Positions 21,807 through 32,229 of a DNA stretch of 64,000 nucleotides are shown one piece after another (within the stretch, counting starts at the first letter, position 1; each line of letters opens with the position of its first letter). The notes beneath the pieces are model-generated. The model was given only the letters and a program-made list of their open reading frames with translations. It was not told the origin of the DNA and made no database searches. The translations under genes were made by a program, and so were the position numbers. Source of the DNA: an uncultured Alphaproteobacteria bacterium (lineage in GTDB: Bacteria; Pseudomonadota; Alphaproteobacteria; Rhizobiales; Kaistiaceae); assembly GCA_963798195.1 (NCBI GenBank), contig CAWCSF010000005.1:9725-73724 (forward strand). Direction: 5' to 3'.

Positions 21807-22404
21807 AGGGTCGAAGAAACCGGAAACGGTCGCCCAAGAATCAGAAAGGCGCCGCCTGGGTTTCCCCAACGACGCCTCCCTGATCGTTCGCCTTGCTGTC
21901 AGCGGCCTCGCCCGGAGGTCCGGCGCTATCAGCGGCGATCCGATGCGTGATCTGCGTTCCGCCCCCGTTGCCGAGGACTATCCGCCGATCACCCGGAGCT
22001 CGACCTTTCGGTCTCCTCCCGGACCACGTTCCAGCTCCTGTCCGCATTGCTGCGATCAAGTGCCTTTCCGTGGCGCCGCGGGGCATTCCGACGTCTTCGG
22101 GCTTGCACCCTCTCCGCCGGCACGGTTCCGCGGGAACCTGTCTCAGACGTTCGACTTTGCCCTTGCCGAACTCGACTTGTTCCCATCGCGGTAAGGACAT
22201 CATTGCGCAGGTCCGCCTGCCGGGAAAGCGCGGACTCCCGCATCTGGGACTTCCGGGGATAACGGGAATCCGCTGCGACGCACACGCCGGTTTGGTTTGC
22301 GTTTGGAAACAACTCGTCGCTGGCAGTGAGCCTCGCAACGCTCGTGGCGAAAGGTTACGCTGTCTGTCCGAGCGTCTGCCGATCGCCAACGTCACGGAGG
22401 CCAC

Positions 22405-23943
22405 ATGACCCACAAACCTGTTGCACCCGTGGGCCGTTCGGCCACTCAGCTCCCCGCCCCAAACACGCCTCGTCTCGAACAGGCCCGGCCCTACGTCCTG
22501 GCGGCCACGACCATCGCCTCGGCGATGGCCTTCGTCGACTCGACCGTCGTCGGCATCGCGGTGCCGGCCATACAGAAGGAACTGGCCGCCGACATCGTCG
22601 CCATGCAATGGGTGGCGAACGCCTACCTGCTTATGCTGGGCGCGCTGATCCTGGTCGGTGGCAGCCTCGGCGATCGCGTCGGCCGCAAGCTGATCTTCCT
22701 GATCGGCATCGTTGCGTTCACAGTCGCCTCGCTGCTTTCTGCCACAGCGCCGACCGTCGAGATGCTGATCGCAGCGCGGACCATCCAGGGCATTGGCGCG
22801 GCACTTCTGGTGCCGCAGAGCCTCGCGATCATCGCTGCGACCTTTCCCAAGAACATCCGTGGCAAGGCCATCGGCACCTGGGCGGCGGCGTCGGCGGTGA
22901 CCACGGCGCTCGGGCCGCCGATCGGCGGCTTCCTGATCGACCTTTGGTCGTGGCGCGCCGCCTTCTGGATCAACCTGCCGCTCGCGGTCGTGGCCCTGTG
23001 GCTGGCTTGGCGCTATATGCCGGAAAGCCGCGACGAGGGCGAGACCGGGCAGATCGACTGGACCGGCGCTGTCCTCGCCGTCGCGGCATTCGGCGCGTTG
23101 ACCTATGGTCTGAGCGCAATCTCGGAAGGCAACGTCAGCCCAACGTTGATCTCCGGTGCGATCGTGGCCGGGCTCATCGGCATCGCGGTCTACGTTTACG
23201 TGGAACTCCACGCGGCCAACCCGATCACGCCGCCGACGATGTTCAAGTCCAAGGTTTTCACCAGCGTGAATATCGTGACCGTATTCCTCTACGGGGCACT
23301 CAGTGGCGTGCTCTTCCTCGTACCCTTCGACCTGCTGGCGCAGCGCGGCCTCAGCGCGGCGACGGTCGGCCTTGTGCTGCTCCCGTTCGGGCTCATCATC
23401 GGCCTGTTCTCGCGCTACACCGGCTCGCTCGCCGACACATACGGCCCGCGCTTCTTTCTCGTCGCTGGCCCCATCCTGGTCGGCGTCGGCTGCCTCTTCT
23501 TTGCGGCAAACATCCCCAATCTCTGGCTCGGGGTCATGCCCGGCATTATTTTTGTCGCCGGCGGCATGGCGCTGGCCGCATCGCCACTCACCACGGCCGT
23601 GATGAACGCGGCTCCGGAAGGCAAATCCGGCGCCGCATCCGGAATCAGCAACGCATCAAGCCGTCTTGCCGGCGCCCTCGCGATAGCGATCTTCGGCGCA
23701 ACCGCCGGCGTGGTCTTCGGCTGGACTGCCCCGGCGACGGCGCGCTTCGGCGTCATTCCGCCTGCGGACAACCCGACGCGGGGCGCGATCGTCGATGCGT
23801 TTCTCTCCGCCTACTCGGCTGCAATGATTTTCGGCGCCCTCTGGTGCTTTGTCGCTGCCGCCATATCTTTCGTCACACTGAAGGGGACGGCACCACCGCG
23901 GAAGGCCGGCGAAGCCGCCGGGCAGGAGACGAAGGCAGCTTGA
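22405..23943 (+). CDS. DHA2-family MFS transporter (14 TMS)
   Basis: 512 aa, SD GGAGG. VDSTVVGIAVPAIQKEL, GGSLGDRVGRKLIF, TIQGIGAALLVPQSLAII. Confidence 0.9.
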   Translation: MTHKPVAPVGRSATQLPAPNTPRLEQARPYVLAATTIASAMAFVDSTVVGIAVPAIQKELAADIVAMQWVANAYLLMLGALILVGGSLGDRVGRKLIFLIGIVAFTVASLLSATAPTVEMLIAARTIQGIGAALLVPQSLAIIAATFPKNIRGKAIGTWAAASAVTTALGPPIGGFLIDLWSWRAAFWINLPLAVVALWLAWRYMPESRDEGETGQIDWTGAVLAVAAFGALTYGLSAISEGNVSPTLISGAIVAGLIGIAVYVYVELHAANPITPPTMFKSKVFTSVNIVTVFLYGALSGVLFLVPFDLLAQRGLSAATVGLVLLPFGLIIGLFSRYTGSLADTYGPRFFLVAGPILVGVGCLFFAANIPNLWLGVMPGIIFVAGGMALAASPLTTAVMNAAPEGKSGAASGISNASSRLAGALAIAIFGATAGVVFGWTAPATARFGVIPPADNPTRGAIVDAFLSAYSAAMIFGALWCFVAAAISFVTLKGTAPPRKAGEAAGQETKAA

Positions 23944-24034
23944 GAATTCGCGGTATTTCCCTCGCGCGCGGCGTCATGCACGCGCCTTGAAACAGCAGAC
24001 ATCGCCCAACCTGAGCGACCGGCTGAAGACGGTG

Positions 24035-24865
24035 ATGAGCCGGCTTGCCGAGTCCGCCGTGCTGCTGCCGCTTGGTTTGCTCAACGTGCTGACCAGCCGG
24101 CGCGGATATGCCGTACGACGATCCGTGGCATATGGCGGCCTTCGCAGGCAGACGCTCGACCTGTATGTGCCGGACACCGCCGCTCCGCGAGCGCCGGTGG
24201 TCGTCTTCTTCCACGGCGGCTCCTGGGATTCCGGCAGCAAGAATCTCTACACGTTCGTGGGGCAATCATTGGCATCGGCTGGGCTGACGGTCGCGATACC
24301 GAACTACCGGCTCTATCCCGAGGTAGTATTTCCGGGCTTCGTCGAAGACGCGGCGAGGGCAGTCGCCTGGATCGGCAGCGAAGTCACGAAGGGTGACCGT
24401 CCCCTCTTCGTCCTCGGGCACTCGGCGGGTGCGCAGATCGCGATCCTGCTGGCGCTGGATGGACGCTACCTGTCCGCGGCCGGCAGCGGCCTCGACTCCA
24501 TCGCGGGCGCAATCGGCCTGTCCGGTCCCTACGATTTCCTGCCGTTGAGGGAACAGCGCTACAAGGACATCTTCCCCGAGGAGGTGCGCGCGGACAGCCA
24601 GCCGATCGCATTTGTCGACGAAGGGAAACCTCCGATGCTCCTCGTTCACGGCGGCGCGGATACCATCGTCCTGCCGCGCAATACTCGCGGTCTGGCGGCC
24701 GCACTGCGCGCGCGTGGCAACAGGGTGGAAGAACGCATCTACCCGGGCGTCGGCCACCTTGGCACCGTGGCGGCGCTCATCCGCCTGCTGACAGTGAACA
24801 AGGCGCCCGTTCGCGCGGACATCGTCGCTTTCATCCGCGACGTCACCGGGGCGCCCCAGGCCTAG
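24035..24865 (+). CDS. Alpha/beta hydrolase (esterase/lipase, HGG type)
   Basis: VVVFFHGGSWDSG oxyanion motif, GHSAGA nucleophile elbow, and LLVHGGADTIV. An alternative TTG start lies at 23987. Confidence 0.8.
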   Translation: MSRLAESAVLLPLGLLNVLTSRRGYAVRRSVAYGGLRRQTLDLYVPDTAAPRAPVVVFFHGGSWDSGSKNLYTFVGQSLASAGLTVAIPNYRLYPEVVFPGFVEDAARAVAWIGSEVTKGDRPLFVLGHSAGAQIAILLALDGRYLSAAGSGLDSIAGAIGLSGPYDFLPLREQRYKDIFPEEVRADSQPIAFVDEGKPPMLLVHGGADTIVLPRNTRGLAAALRARGNRVEERIYPGVGHLGTVAALIRLLTVNKAPVRADIVAFIRDVTGAPQA

Positions 24866-25614
24866 CCGGGGTCTTGCGTTCCGCTGCGGATCATCCGGCG
24901 CAGGATGTCGATCTGGTCGCCGGTGGCCGGTTCGCCGTGGCCGACCGCGATGACGTCGGCGCGGAGATCTTCAATCTTGTGCAGCGTGCGCCGGTGCTGC
25001 GGGATGTTCAGCGTGAGCCCGTCCCAGCCGAGGCTGAGATAGGGCCACGTCGCCAGCGCGTCGCCGGCGAACAGCGCCGAGCGCTCCTTCCAGTAGAAGC
25101 CGAGATGGCCGGGCGAATGGCCCGGCAGGTCGATCACCTCAAGCGGGCCGACCTTGTCGCCCTCGCGCAGGAAGCGGTCCGTTTCGACCGGCTTGTGGCC
25201 GTCAACACCGAGGAAACAGCCAAGCTGGATCGCGTAGACCTGGTAGGGCCGCCGCGGCCAGAAGGCGACGCCCTGCGCCAGCCGCTCGCCAGCCAGGATG
25301 TCCGCCTCGAACTGATGCGACCACACCGTAGCTCCGGACAGCGCCTTCAGCGTTGCGATGCCGCCGATATGCGAGCGATGGGCATGGGTGGCGATGATGT
25401 TCTTGAGGTCGGAGACTTCACGGCCGATCTGCTTGATGGCGGCAACGATGCGATGCGCATCGGAATCGAACAGCGCGTCGATCAGCGTGAGTTCGCCGTT
25501 GTCATCGAGGATGAACGCGTGAACGTGGCCGCCCATGCGCTGGCTGAGAACATGGACGCCCGGAGCAACCTCGCGCGCCTTCCCGCTCGGATCGTAGCCG
25601 ATGTTGCGCGCCAT
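24862..25614 (-). CDS. MBL-fold metallo-hydrolase
   Basis: ORF trimmed to MARNIGYDP, with AGGAGG upstream. ATHAHRSHIGG (an HxHxxH-like metal motif) and LPGHSPGHLGF. Lies 25 nt downstream of the peroxidase gene. Confidence 0.85.
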   Translation of the reverse strand: MARNIGYDPSGKAREVAPGVHVLSQRMGGHVHAFILDDNGELTLIDALFDSDAHRIVAAIKQIGREVSDLKNIIATHAHRSHIGGIATLKALSGATVWSHQFEADILAGERLAQGVAFWPRRPYQVYAIQLGCFLGVDGHKPVETDRFLREGDKVGPLEVIDLPGHSPGHLGFYWKERSALFAGDALATWPYLSLGWDGLTLNIPQHRRTLHKIEDLRADVIAVGHGEPATGDQIDILRRMIRSGTQDPG

Positions 25615-25639
25615 GCCGTCGCCTCCTGTACCGTGAGTG

Positions 25640-28562
25640 TTATTTGGGACCGGCCGCAAAGGCCGGGTCGCCGACCGCATCGGGTCGCGGCTTCCATGCG
25701 AGCGAATAGTATTCACCGCGGTCTCGGGCCCACGGATCGAATGCGTTGACGACGTGCTTCAGTTCCCCGGCGAGTTCCGGCGTTGTCCGCTCCAGCACGC
25801 GCTTCAGCGGTGAGACCTCCTGGCGGTGGCCGTTCGGCTCGCCCTCTTCCCACTGCTTGCCTGTGGGGCCGTTGTCCATCACCCAGTCGATGCCGAGCTT
25901 CGTGTAGAACTCGGGGCGGAAGCTCGACGTGAAGAAGCGATCGCTGAACAGGCGCCGCGACGCATTGAGGATGAAGATCTGGAACTGCGTCTCCGAGATG
26001 GCGAAGCCGTGCGGCCGCGTCGTCTCGGCATGGAAACCGACGACAAGATCGAGATCCTCGATGTTGTCCACTACGCTGCCGTCGGGATGGCCGAGGCAGT
26101 CGTTGATCGGCTTTCCGTCCGCGTCTTTCTGCGCCAGCGTGATGACCTTGGACGCGTCGCAGGTGTGCTGGCCATAGATCTCGCGCATGGTCGTGACGAG
26201 GTCGCTCTGGCGTTTGTGCTCCGGCGAATCCGCGGGCAGCCCGACCTCGATAAAGTCGTCGAAGCCGGCGAGTTGCCGCAGGCCGATCTGGCGGCGGAAC
26301 TCGTTGAATCGCGGCACGCCCCGCTCCCGGTCGCGAACGATATCAAGGGCCGGCACGTCGATCGTGGAATCGATCCTCGGCCTGAGATCGAGGTTCTGGA
26401 GGAATTGCGGGTGGTTCTGGAGCAGCAGGAGGCCGAGGCGCTGGCGGCCGAAGCTGAGTGCCCAATCCGCCAGCCCGTTATCGCGCATCGCCGCCGTGGC
26501 CTGGCCGCGGAACGTGTTGATCATCGGGATGTGGGCACGCACTGCGTTCGGGTCGCTGACGTCGCGCAACTCGGCCATGTCCGGCACCAGCGCATGCAGC
26601 CGGTAAACCGAAACGAACTCTTCCGGGAAATTGAACGGCGCACCGAAATGGTTCGTGCCGCCGTTGACGTCGTCCGGGATTGTCGAGCCGCCACTGGTCC
26701 CACGACAGCCAGTCGGGCAGGAAATGCGGCCAGCGCCGGCTGCTGCCGCGACCGACGATGCCCGCGCCGGCGGCGAAGGCCGAATAAAGCTGGTTCGCGG
26801 TTTTCTCGTCGCCCGATTTAGCGAAGGCGGCGACGATTTCCTTGGTCGCAGTTGAAGCAACTGATTCCCGCTCGAACAGGCCCGACCAGTTCGAGTTCAT
26901 GCCGACGTTGAGAGGCTCGTCGTAGAGAAGCTGCGGCGTCCACTCGATGGTGTGGATCTTGGCGATCTCCGCCGCCACGATCAGCCGGGCAATCTCGAAC
27001 AACTGGTCGTCGGTGAGCGTGGCGTAGCTGATCGCATCGCCCGGGTGCGCCGGATCGCGGAGCCCGGAATCGGCATCCGGCTGATCCTTCTGCATCTGCC
27101 GGAATGTACCGACGATTGCGTTGTGCTCGCGGGCAAACAGGTTGTGATAGAAGCTGAGCCCGATCGACCAGTTGTCGCCGAACGCCGTCGCCTCCTGCCC
27201 CGCCCATTCGGGCTGGATCGGGTCGCAGTCCGGCCCGGTCGATCCCGCAGCGCAGGGCGTACCGAAGACGGGCAGGTAGCCGTCATCCATGAGCAGCCGC
27301 GCGCGGTCGGCCGGGTCGCGCTTCACCCGCTGCCGCGATCGCGCATCGAAGCCATAGATCTGCGATGCGTCCCACCATGCGGTCACGTTGTTGCGCGTGG
27401 TCTTCCACGACCGCTTGAGTCGCTCCGTGTCGCCTGCCTGGAACGTGCCCGGCGGGGAATCGTCGGCGATGAGCGCGGCTTCCATGCGGTCCTCGGGACG
27501 GCAGCCGAGCTCGGCCTTGCGTTCGTCGGAGAGCGGCTGCACGACGCCGCCGATGCGTTCGCTGGCGCAGCCCATTCCGACCGCGTGCGCTGTGTCGTTC
27601 CGCGCGTCCTCCGGGTGGGCGAACCAGTCATGGGTCATGAACTGGATCCAGAACGCGGCCAGAACGTTGAAAAACGGCGCCTTGCGGTAGTCGCAGTCGG
27701 CATCCTGCCCGGGCACGCCCTTGCCCTGGTTGCAGTCCGGCGTGGCGCTTTCGTCGCGCGTGAACAGCCTGCGGCTGATGACCTGCGGATCGGGCTCCAT
27801 CAGCCCGATGCGACCGCCATGGCGGTTGCGCGCGTAGTCGTCCTTCTCGAGTTCGGGGAAGGTCGCCTCGAACTGGACGTTTCGTTCAAAGGGTTCGCCG
27901 GTCGATCCCATCGCCGGATTGCGGATGTCGTTGCAGATGCCGGTCAGCGTGCGGAAGCGAATTTCCTCGCCGGTGCAGAGCTGGCTACCGTCGGCGTCGA
28001 TCTGAAGATTCTTGTAGTCCGGATTGTCGGCCGGCAGCCGCATCTCCGGCCACACCTTGGCGATCGCGCCGCCCTTGTTCGCGTATCGCTCGTAGGTGAG
28101 GTTGTCGAAGAGGTTGAAGCGGATCAGCTCCATCCGCTGATATTCGAGATCGAGAAGCGCTCCATCAATGCCGCGCTTGTTGCGATCAAGCAGGTGCGAA
28201 CCGGAGGGCCCGCGTTCGGACAGGGAATTGACGTCTCCCGCCCCCCAATAATTCTGCCAATCGACCCAGGGGACGTTACGCGCGGCAACGGCCGCGCGCC
28301 CGCCGCGGCAACCGGCCTGCGGCTCGCCGACCTTTCCCTGGAAACGATCGGCACGCTCTCCGACGAGATCACGGAAGCCCTGTATGGCCATCTCGCCGCA
28401 ATATTTGGCGATCTGGACGTCGTCTTCCTCGGATGGTTTCAGCGAAAACCACAAGGAGGCGGCAGCGCCGGCAACAAGGACCAGCGCGCCGACTACAATC
28501 CAGCCCAGATAACCGCGCCGCATCTCCGAAGCACCCGTCTCGCGCCTCGCCAACCGTCGCAC
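25640..28562 (-). pseudogene. Haem peroxidase of the peroxidase-cyclooxygenase superfamily (alpha-dioxygenase-like), split by one frameshift
   Basis: ORFs 26478..28562 and 25640..26860 overlap. Both turn to Arg-rich nonsense past the junction near CCC 26699-26701, and removing one base gives ...LPDWLSWTSGGSTIPDD... Motifs FWIQFMTHDWFAH and EEFVSVYRLHALVPD. N-terminal TM GYLGWIVVGALVLVAGAAASLWF. Start is ATG 28523 or GTG 28562. Confidence 0.8.
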
Positions 28563-28616
28563 GAGTATGGTTCAACCACGGCGCGCCGCCAAGGACCAAG
28601 GCAGCGTCGGGGTTAC

Positions 28617-29792
28617 TCAGCTATTGCGGCCAAGGAAATCCGCCATGCGTCCGGTTGCCTTGACGATGTTCTCTGCCGAATTGGCGTAGGACAGCCGCAT
28701 ATAGCCCTCGCCGAGGATGCCGAAATCGGGCCCGCCAATCGTTGCGACGCCGGCTTTCTCCAACAGGTCGGCGGCAAGCTTCTTGGCCTTGTAGCCGGTC
28801 CCGGAAATATTGGGGAAAGCGTAGAACGCGCCCTTCGGCACGATGCACGATACCCCCGGCAGCTTGTTCAGTTCGTCGACGACGATCTTCCGCCGCTTGT
28901 CGAACTCGGCCACCATCCTGCCGACCGAATCCTGCGGCCCGGTAAGCGCGGCAAGACCGGCATATTGCGCCGGCGAGTTGACGCAGGACCACGCGTTGAC
29001 CGCGAGCTTGCGGATGTTCTCGTAGAGCGACTTCGGCCATACCGAGTAGCCCATGCGCCAGCCGGTCATGGCGTAGGTCTTCGACCAGCCATCGAGCAGG
29101 ATCACGCGGTCGCGGACCTCCGGATAGGAGAGCAGCGAAACGTGCTCCAAGCCGTCATAGACCATCTGCCCGTAGATCTCGTCGGACAGGATCGCGACGT
29201 TCGGGAATTTGGAGAGGCCCGCGACCAGCGCATCGATCTCGGCCTTCGGCGTCACGCCGCCAGTCGGGTTGGCCGGCGAATTGAGAATGATCAGGCGCGT
29301 CTGCGGCGTGATGAGACCGAGGGTCTCCTCCGCCGAGAAGGCAAAGCCGTTTTCCTCACGGATCGGAATCGGCACCGGCCGTGCGCCGGTGAACTCGATC
29401 ATTGAGCGATAGATCGGAAAGCCAGGATCCGGATAAAGGATATCCGCGCCGGGCTCGCCGAACATCTGGATGGCGGCGAACATGGTGATCTTGCCGCCCG
29501 GCACGATGATCACCTGATCGGGCGACACCTCGACGCCGACCCGGCGATGGATGTCGGCAGCCACCGCCTCGCGCAGCGGCTTTATTCCGGTAGCGGGGGT
29601 GTAGCCGTGCTCGCCATCCCGCAGAGCCTTGATCGCCGCCTCGACGATGTGCTCTGGCGTGCGGAAATCCGGCTGGCCGATGCCGAGGTTGATGATGTCG
29701 CGGCCCTGGGCGGCGAGTTCGGTCGCCCGCGCCAGCACGGCGAAGGCGTTTTCTTCGCCGATCCGGTCGAACCCGGCGATGGTATGGAGCAA
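28617..29792 (-). CDS. Class I/II pyridoxal-phosphate aminotransferase
   Basis: 391 aa. INLGIGQPDF, NSPANPTGG, SDEIY, and DGWSKTYAMTGWRMGY (the PLP lysine SK). Confidence 0.9.
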   Translation of the reverse strand: MLHTIAGFDRIGEENAFAVLARATELAAQGRDIINLGIGQPDFRTPEHIVEAAIKALRDGEHGYTPATGIKPLREAVAADIHRRVGVEVSPDQVIIVPGGKITMFAAIQMFGEPGADILYPDPGFPIYRSMIEFTGARPVPIPIREENGFAFSAEETLGLITPQTRLIILNSPANPTGGVTPKAEIDALVAGLSKFPNVAILSDEIYGQMVYDGLEHVSLLSYPEVRDRVILLDGWSKTYAMTGWRMGYSVWPKSLYENIRKLAVNAWSCVNSPAQYAGLAALTGPQDSVGRMVAEFDKRRKIVVDELNKLPGVSCIVPKGAFYAFPNISGTGYKAKKLAADLLEKAGVATIGGPDFGILGEGYMRLSYANSAENIVKATGRMADFLGRNS

Positions 29793-29908
29793 GGCGTTTC
29801 CCCGTCTGGTTGTCGTTGATTTGGCCGGGACAATAGGCGCATAAATCGCGGGAAATCAAACCCGTTCCGGTCGGCTCTCCGGCCCGGGACAGGTCGGGGG
29901 AACCGCCA

Positions 29909-30748
29909 GTGCCGACCGTCGACGAAAAACGCCGGACCTTCCGCGCGCTGCACGAAAGCGGCTGTTTCGTCATCCCCAATCCGTGGGATGCCGGCACGGC
30001 CCGCTATCTCGAGCACCTCGGCTTCAAGGCGCTTGCCACGACCAGCGCCGGCGCAGCCTGGAGCCTGGGCTATGCCGATGGCCAGGTACCGCTCGAAACG
30101 ATGCTGGATCATTTCCGCACGATCGTCGAAGCGACCGACCTGCCCGTCAACGCCGATTTCCTGGACGGCTTCGCCCGCGCGCCGCGCGAGGTCGCGGCCA
30201 ATGTCCGCAAATGCATCGATACCGGCGTTGCCGGGCTCTCGATCGAGGACGCGACCGGCGACGCCAAGGAGCCGCTCTACGATTTCGGCCTGGCAGTTGA
30301 ACGGGTTGCCGCCGCCCGCGCGGCCATCGACGCGGCGGGCGGGAGTGTCGTTCTGGTCGCGCGCGCCGAGTGTTTTCTCACCGGGCATTCCGATCCGCTG
30401 AAGGAGGCGATCCGCCGCCTCACCGCATTCGCGGAAGCTGGCGCGGATTGCCTCTACGCCCCAGGCCCCAGCAAGCGCGAAGACATCGCCGCGATCGTGA
30501 AGGCGGTGGCGCCGAAGCCCGTCAACGTGCTCGCGCGCGGGCTCGACGGCCTCACCGTGCGCGACCTCGAACTACTTGGCGTGCGCCGCATCAGCGTCGG
30601 CGGGTTGATGGCGCGGATGGCGTGGACCGGCTTCATGAAGTCGGCCCGCGAAATCGCGGAATCCGGGACGTTCGACTCCTTCAAGGAGGCGGCACCCGGC
30701 GGCGAACTCAACGGTTTATTCGCTGCACGCGGATCGGGAAGCGCATGA
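29909..30748 (+). CDS. Isocitrate lyase/PEP mutase superfamily protein
   Basis: FRALHESGCFVIPNPWDAGTARYLEHLGFKALATTSAG, VNADFLDGF and GLSIED. GTG start. Confidence 0.85.
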   Translation: MPTVDEKRRTFRALHESGCFVIPNPWDAGTARYLEHLGFKALATTSAGAAWSLGYADGQVPLETMLDHFRTIVEATDLPVNADFLDGFARAPREVAANVRKCIDTGVAGLSIEDATGDAKEPLYDFGLAVERVAAARAAIDAAGGSVVLVARAECFLTGHSDPLKEAIRRLTAFAEAGADCLYAPGPSKREDIAAIVKAVAPKPVNVLARGLDGLTVRDLELLGVRRISVGGLMARMAWTGFMKSAREIAESGTFDSFKEAAPGGELNGLFAARGSGSA

Positions 30749-31437
30749 ACGCCGCCGAACTGCCGACCGGCCCGGTGGTCGATGCGACGCCTGCCGGCCG
30801 CCCCGGCCCGGTGCGCCTCGACGGACAATTCTGCTGGATCGAAAAGCTCGACCTCGTCCGCCACGGAAAATCGCTGTGGGAGGCCACGAAGGAGCATGAC
30901 GCGCTCTGGGTCTACATGGGCTACGGCCCGTTCAGCGAGGAAAACACGTTCCTGCACTGGATCGAGGATCGGGTCGCGCTGATAGACCCGTTCTCCTACG
31001 CGGTCGTCGACAGGAAAAGCAGCCGCGCGACCGGCATCGTGACACTGATGGAGATCCGCCCGGCGATGGGCGTGATCGAGATCGGCAACATCGTCTACAC
31101 GCCACTGCTGCAGCGGACGGCCGCCGGGACGGAGGCGCAATACCTGATGGCGCGCTACGTCTTCGACGACCTCCGTTACCGCCGCTACGAATGGAAGTGC
31201 AACGCCCTGAACGCGCCATCGCGGCGGGCCGCGGAGCGGTTCGGCTTCAGCTACGAAGGCACATTCCGGCAGCACATGATCGTCAAGGGGCGCAACCGCG
31301 ACACGGCATGGTATTCCATGCTCGACAGCGAATGGCCGGCGGCGAAGGCCGCCTACGAGGCCTGGCTCGCGCCGGATAATTTCGATCCCGAAGGCCGCCA
31401 GAAGAAGAGTTTGGCAATGCCGAAAAGGCAGCACTGA
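30745..31437 (+). CDS. GNAT family N-acetyltransferase (RimJ/RimL-like)
   Basis: ATG 30745 overlaps the upstream stop as ATGA. GTEAQYLMARYVFDDLRYRRYEWKCNALNAPSRRAAERFGFSYEGTFRQ. Confidence 0.85.
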   Translation: MNAAELPTGPVVDATPAGRPGPVRLDGQFCWIEKLDLVRHGKSLWEATKEHDALWVYMGYGPFSEENTFLHWIEDRVALIDPFSYAVVDRKSSRATGIVTLMEIRPAMGVIEIGNIVYTPLLQRTAAGTEAQYLMARYVFDDLRYRRYEWKCNALNAPSRRAAERFGFSYEGTFRQHMIVKGRNRDTAWYSMLDSEWPAAKAAYEAWLAPDNFDPEGRQKKSLAMPKRQH

Positions 31438-31452
31438 GGAGTAGGACTGAGC

Positions 31453-32205
31453 ATGGACAGACTGAAGGGCAAGCGCGCGTTTCTGACCGCCAGCGGCGCC
31501 GGCATCGGCCGGGCGACCGCAATCCTTTTTGCGCAGGAAGGCGCGCACGTCATCGCCACCGACATCAAGCCCGAGCTGATCGCCGACCTGAAGGACCACG
31601 GCGTCGCCGAGACACATGCGCTTGACGTGCGCAGCACCGACGCCGTCAGGGCTCTCGCCGCCAAGGCGGGGCCGGTGGACGTGCTCTTCAACTGCGCCGG
31701 CTTCGTCCATCACGGCACCGTGCTGACGACGTCCGAAGAGGACTGGGACTTTTCCTTCGACATCAACGTCAAGGCGATGCACCGGACGATCCACGCCTTC
31801 CTGCCGGGCATGCTCGACAAGGGCGGCGGGTCGATCGTCAACATCTCGTCCGGCGCATCTTCGGTGCGCGGCATCCCCAACCGCTATGCCTACGGCGCAT
31901 CGAAGGCGGCGATCATCGGCCTGACCAAGTCGGTCGCGGCCGATTTCATTCGTCAGGGCATTCGCGCGAACGCGATCTGCCCGGGGACCATCGAGTCTCC
32001 CTCGCTGGACCAGCGCATCGCGACCGCCGCGAAGGATACCGGCAAGCCCATCGAAGAGGTGCGCAAGGCCTTCATCGACCGGCAACCGATCGGCCGGCTG
32101 GGCACGGCTGAGGAGATCGCCTACCTCGCGCTCTACCTCGCCTCCGACGAATCCAGCTACACAACCGGCCAGATTCATCTCGCCGACGGCGGCTTCGCGC
32201 TCTAG
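31453..32205 (+). CDS. SDR family oxidoreductase
   Basis: TASGAGIGRA cofactor motif, NCAG, and catalytic YGASKAA. Confidence 0.9.
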   Translation: MDRLKGKRAFLTASGAGIGRATAILFAQEGAHVIATDIKPELIADLKDHGVAETHALDVRSTDAVRALAAKAGPVDVLFNCAGFVHHGTVLTTSEEDWDFSFDINVKAMHRTIHAFLPGMLDKGGGSIVNISSGASSVRGIPNRYAYGASKAAIIGLTKSVAADFIRQGIRANAICPGTIESPSLDQRIATAAKDTGKPIEEVRKAFIDRQPIGRLGTAEEIAYLALYLASDESSYTTGQIHLADGGFAL

Positions 32206-32229
32206 ACGCCGCGCACGAAGGACAAGCAC

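Noticed and set aside
21841-22203. 120-aa minus-strand ORF (MMSLPRWEQVEF...KANDQGGVVGETQAAPF), briefly considered as a real small protein. The KAND string was also considered as a tmRNA-tag-like sequence.
   Set aside because: There is no SD, the third-position GC is mediocre for this genome, and the family is not recognisable. The tag resemblance is only four residues and lacks the ANDN...AA pattern of alphaproteobacterial tmRNA.
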